NCBI GenBank assembly: GCA_013416795.1
Contig: RQSC01000026.1
Span: 269 to 64,268, forward strand
DNA from: Prasinococcaceae sp. CCMP 1430
Taxonomy: Eukaryota; Plantae; Prasinodermophyta
Direction of reading: 5' to 3'
DNA length: 64,000 nucleotides
In this document: positions 61,810-64,000 of the stretch, in pieces
Numbering within the stretch: the first letter of the stretch is position 1
How the letters are laid out: each line of letters begins with the position of its first letter
The notes under the pieces: model-generated
The model's database searches: none
What the model saw: only the letters and a program-made list of their open reading frames with translations
Told to the model about the DNA's origin: nothing
Position numbers and translations under genes: made by a program

Positions 61810-64000
61810 CTATCCTACGAAGATGAAGCCGGTGCCGTCCTCCAATGCCGCCTCTCCTGGGGGGCGGGTGACCACTACGCCAGTGGCGGTGCCAAATTCG
61901 ATCTCAGCAGGCGAGGCGCCGTCCCCTTCACCAGTCGAGGCGGGGGAGGCGAGGCCGCTGTCAGGGCCGGGCCCGGGCGCGGGCGCGGGCGCCGGGTACG
62001 GGTACTGCGCCGCCGCGCCCTGATCAGCTCCTGCGTCGGTCGAGCCGGCGCCGGTCGAGCCTGGGCCCGATTCCCCGCTTTGGCCTGACGAGTCGTCACC
62101 CTCGCCGCTCGCACTGCTGCTGTCATCCGGGTCAGTCCACAGCTCCCCGTCGCTGCCGACCAAACCATCCGCCGAGATGTCGAGCTCGCTGCCAAGTGGC
62201 ACACATATTCCCTGGAGCTCGGTGGCGTCCTTGGCAGAAACGCTTGTGCTCGAGTCGGCGGGCACGACGGCGCACTTGTGCGATGCGGGGTCGCACAGCT
62301 CGCGGTAGCACTGCAGGTCGTCCGCCTCCTCGCACAGCTCGCCCTCCTCGGCGTACGGCACGCACTCGCCCAGCGCCTTCTTTTTGTCGTTGCACACGCC
62401 CGGCTCCAGCTTGGTCTGGCGGCACCAGTGCGCCTCCGGGCAGTCCGAGGTCGCCGCGCACCCGCCCAGCGCGTCGGCGCCCTCCAGCGCGTCCACGATG
62501 GGCTCGCCGGGGATCTGGCAGGTGCCGAAGGGCGCCGACGGATCGCCGTCGTCGGGCACGCACACGTAGCCCGCCGCCTCGTCGCAGCGCTCGCGGGGGC
62601 ACAGCTTCTCGTCCATGTCGGGGTTGTCGCACTGAAGCCCGGGCTCGACGTACACGTGGCATTCGCCGCCCGCCCGCAGGTCTCTGTAGTCGCAGCCGTC
62701 GGCATCGTACAGCAGGTAGTTCCGGCACCACATTCCTCCATCGCAGGTCAGTTCGTCCGAGCACGCGTTCTCCACGGGCAGCGGCGGCACGCACGTGCCC
62801 TCGCCGCCTTCGATGATCACGTCGGCCTGGCCCACGCACAGCAGCCCGGCGTCGCACACGTCCACGGTGCAAGGCGAGTAGTCTTTGTCGCCCTCGTGGC
62901 CGCCGCCGCCGCACTTGCTGCCCTCGCCCACGGTCGGCACGCACTCGCCGCCGAACTCCGAGAGGAACGGCTGCTTGTCGCATTCGTCCTTCTTCTTCGA
63001 GCCCTCGAGCTTGGCCGTGCGGCACCACTCGCCGTCGGCGCAGTCCGTGTCCCACGTGCAGCCCGGCTTGTCCAGGCCCACGAAGTCTGCGCCCGGCGCG
63101 TAATACCAAGGAGCGTGGAACTGGTAGCCGCCCCCCTCGTAGTCGTAGTAGTCCTTCGTGCCAGCCGTCGAAGAGGAGGGCTTGGGCTCTTGGCAGGTGC
63201 CGTATTTGCCGCCACCGTCCTCGCACACGAGCCCCGCGCCGCAGAGCGTCACTGCACACGACTTCGTGCCCGGCAGCGAGCACGGCTTGTCCACATTGAC
63301 CTTGTACGTCGCGCACTTGCCGCCGACCTTCGCCACCTCGCCCTCCACGCAGCCGCCCGAGCCATCTTCGAGGGGCCTGCACCAGCTGAGGGCGGGGCCG
63401 TCCAGGCAGTCGGAGTCGACGTAGCACTCGATCTCCTCAACGACTGCCATGGCGATCTCTGGCTCCTCCTTTTCGGCCTTTTCGGAGTCCTCGTCCTCAT
63501 CCTTTGACGGCTCCAAGTCGTCGTCGGGCTCTTCCGGGGGCTCCACAGGCTCCGCCGTCGGCTCCTCGGTCGGCTCCGCCGTGGGCTCTGCCGTCGGCTC
63601 CTCGGTCGGCTCTGCCGTGGGTTCTGCCGTGGGCTCCTCCGTCGGCTCTGCGGTCGGCTCATCCGTCGGTTCCGCCGTGGGCTCCTCCGTGGGCTCCGCG
63701 GTCGGCTCCTCCGTCGGCTGTTCGCCCGACAACTCGCCCTCTCCCTCATCCCCCTCTCCTTCATCGTCGCTCTCGTCATCCGATGAGTCGTCCTCGTCGT
63801 CCGACGAGTCGCCCTCGCCATCGCTCCCTTCCTCCTCCAACAAAGTACGCCGTCCCACAGACTGCGCAGCTTCCGCGTCGTCCTCCATCCGCGCGAGGGC
63901 GGTGCCAACGACGGTCGCCCCGACGGCTGTTGCCTCGGCGGCGGCCAGCCCGATGGCAGGGGACGCGCCGCCGCTGCCACCGCCGCCGCCGCCGCCGCCG
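61810..64000 (-). CDS. Acidic, Cys-rich probable surface/secreted protein with (EPTA/EPTE)n stalk and four Cys-rich modules; 5' end beyond the window
   Basis: The frame is open to the window edge. RRTLLEE motif, Asp/Glu-rich segment, EPT repeats, and four C-x5-C-x4/6-WCR...G.C...C...C..G..C...G.C modules. Confidence 0.85.
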   Translation of the reverse strand, partial: GGGGGGGGSGGASPAIGLAAAEATAVGATVVGTALARMEDDAEAAQSVGRRTLLEEEGSDGEGDSSDDEDDSSDDESDDEGEGDEGEGELSGEQPTEEPTAEPTEEPTAEPTDEPTAEPTEEPTAEPTAEPTEEPTAEPTAEPTEEPTAEPVEPPEEPDDDLEPSKDEDEDSEKAEKEEPEIAMAVVEEIECYVDSDCLDGPALSWCRPLEDGSGGCVEGEVAKVGGKCATYKVNVDKPCSLPGTKSCAVTLCGAGLVCEDGGGKYGTCQEPKPSSSTAGTKDYYDYEGGGYQFHAPWYYAPGADFVGLDKPGCTWDTDCADGEWCRTAKLEGSKKKDECDKQPFLSEFGGECVPTVGEGSKCGGGGHEGDKDYSPCTVDVCDAGLLCVGQADVIIEGGEGTCVPPLPVENACSDELTCDGGMWCRNYLLYDADGCDYRDLRAGGECHVYVEPGLQCDNPDMDEKLCPRERCDEAAGYVCVPDDGDPSAPFGTCQIPGEPIVDALEGADALGGCAATSDCPEAHWCRQTKLEPGVCNDKKKALGECVPYAEEGELCEEADDLQCYRELCDPASHKCAVVPADSSTSVSAKDATELQGICVPLGSELDISADGLVGSDGELWTDPDDSSSASGEGDDSSGQSGESGPGSTGAGSTDAGADQGAAAQYPYPAPAPAPGPGPDSGLASPASTGEGDGASPAEIEFGTATGVVVTRPPGEAALEDGTGFIFVG
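63540..63720 (-). repeat. Coding tandem repeat (EPTA/EPTE)n
   Basis: GGCTCC(G/T)CCGTC-type 12-mers, about 14 units. Confidence 0.9.

Overview
Eukaryotic nuclear DNA from a gene-dense, very GC-rich alga, most likely a green alga. Evidence: a nuclear-encoded plastid sigma factor, starch branching enzyme, a DUF1995 plastid-type protein, TGTAA poly(A) signals, and short introns with GTGCGY donors, GCTGAC branch points and CAG acceptors. The species cannot be determined from sequence alone. About 25 protein-coding genes are supported. Most are housekeeping genes in strictly alternating orientation: SYF1, eIF5, MIC10, POLE3/DPB4, SmG, QCR7, sigma factor, SBE, scramblase, DUF1995, beta-tubulin, UXT and CLASP. 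The assembly is draft quality, with seven N gaps (9312-9545, 11799-12705, 21425-22213, 30152-30821, 56455-56792, 57304-58199, 60780-61405), single-n joins at 24254 and 54047, and a probable unmarked join near 24750. Many gene ends are therefore missing, and many ORF-track entries are artefacts of (CA)n/(TG)n repeats, N runs or antisense shadows. The most notable region is an accessory block at about 28.6-48.4 kb. It holds two head-to-head giant paralogous genes with no evident introns (at least ~2380 aa and ~3010 aa). Both share the layout cytosolic EF-hand, one TM helix, and a very large exterior part with repeated RRxL/RRL motifs, a beta-rich domain, arrays of Cys-rich repeats resembling the biomphalysin small lobe, and Pro-rich linkers. 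Next to them lies an intron-containing gene of the bacterial-type TIGR03032/DUF4915 family. Other oddities are a divergent cyclin with an internal duplication, a Zn-ribbon HIT-like protein with a QxHxQ motif, a Cys-to-Ser LMW-PTP-like pseudophosphatase, and a truncated degenerate kinesin abutting the SBE gene. No rRNA, tRNA, CRISPR array or transposase/RT was recognised. All family assignments come from motif recognition by eye; no database search was run.
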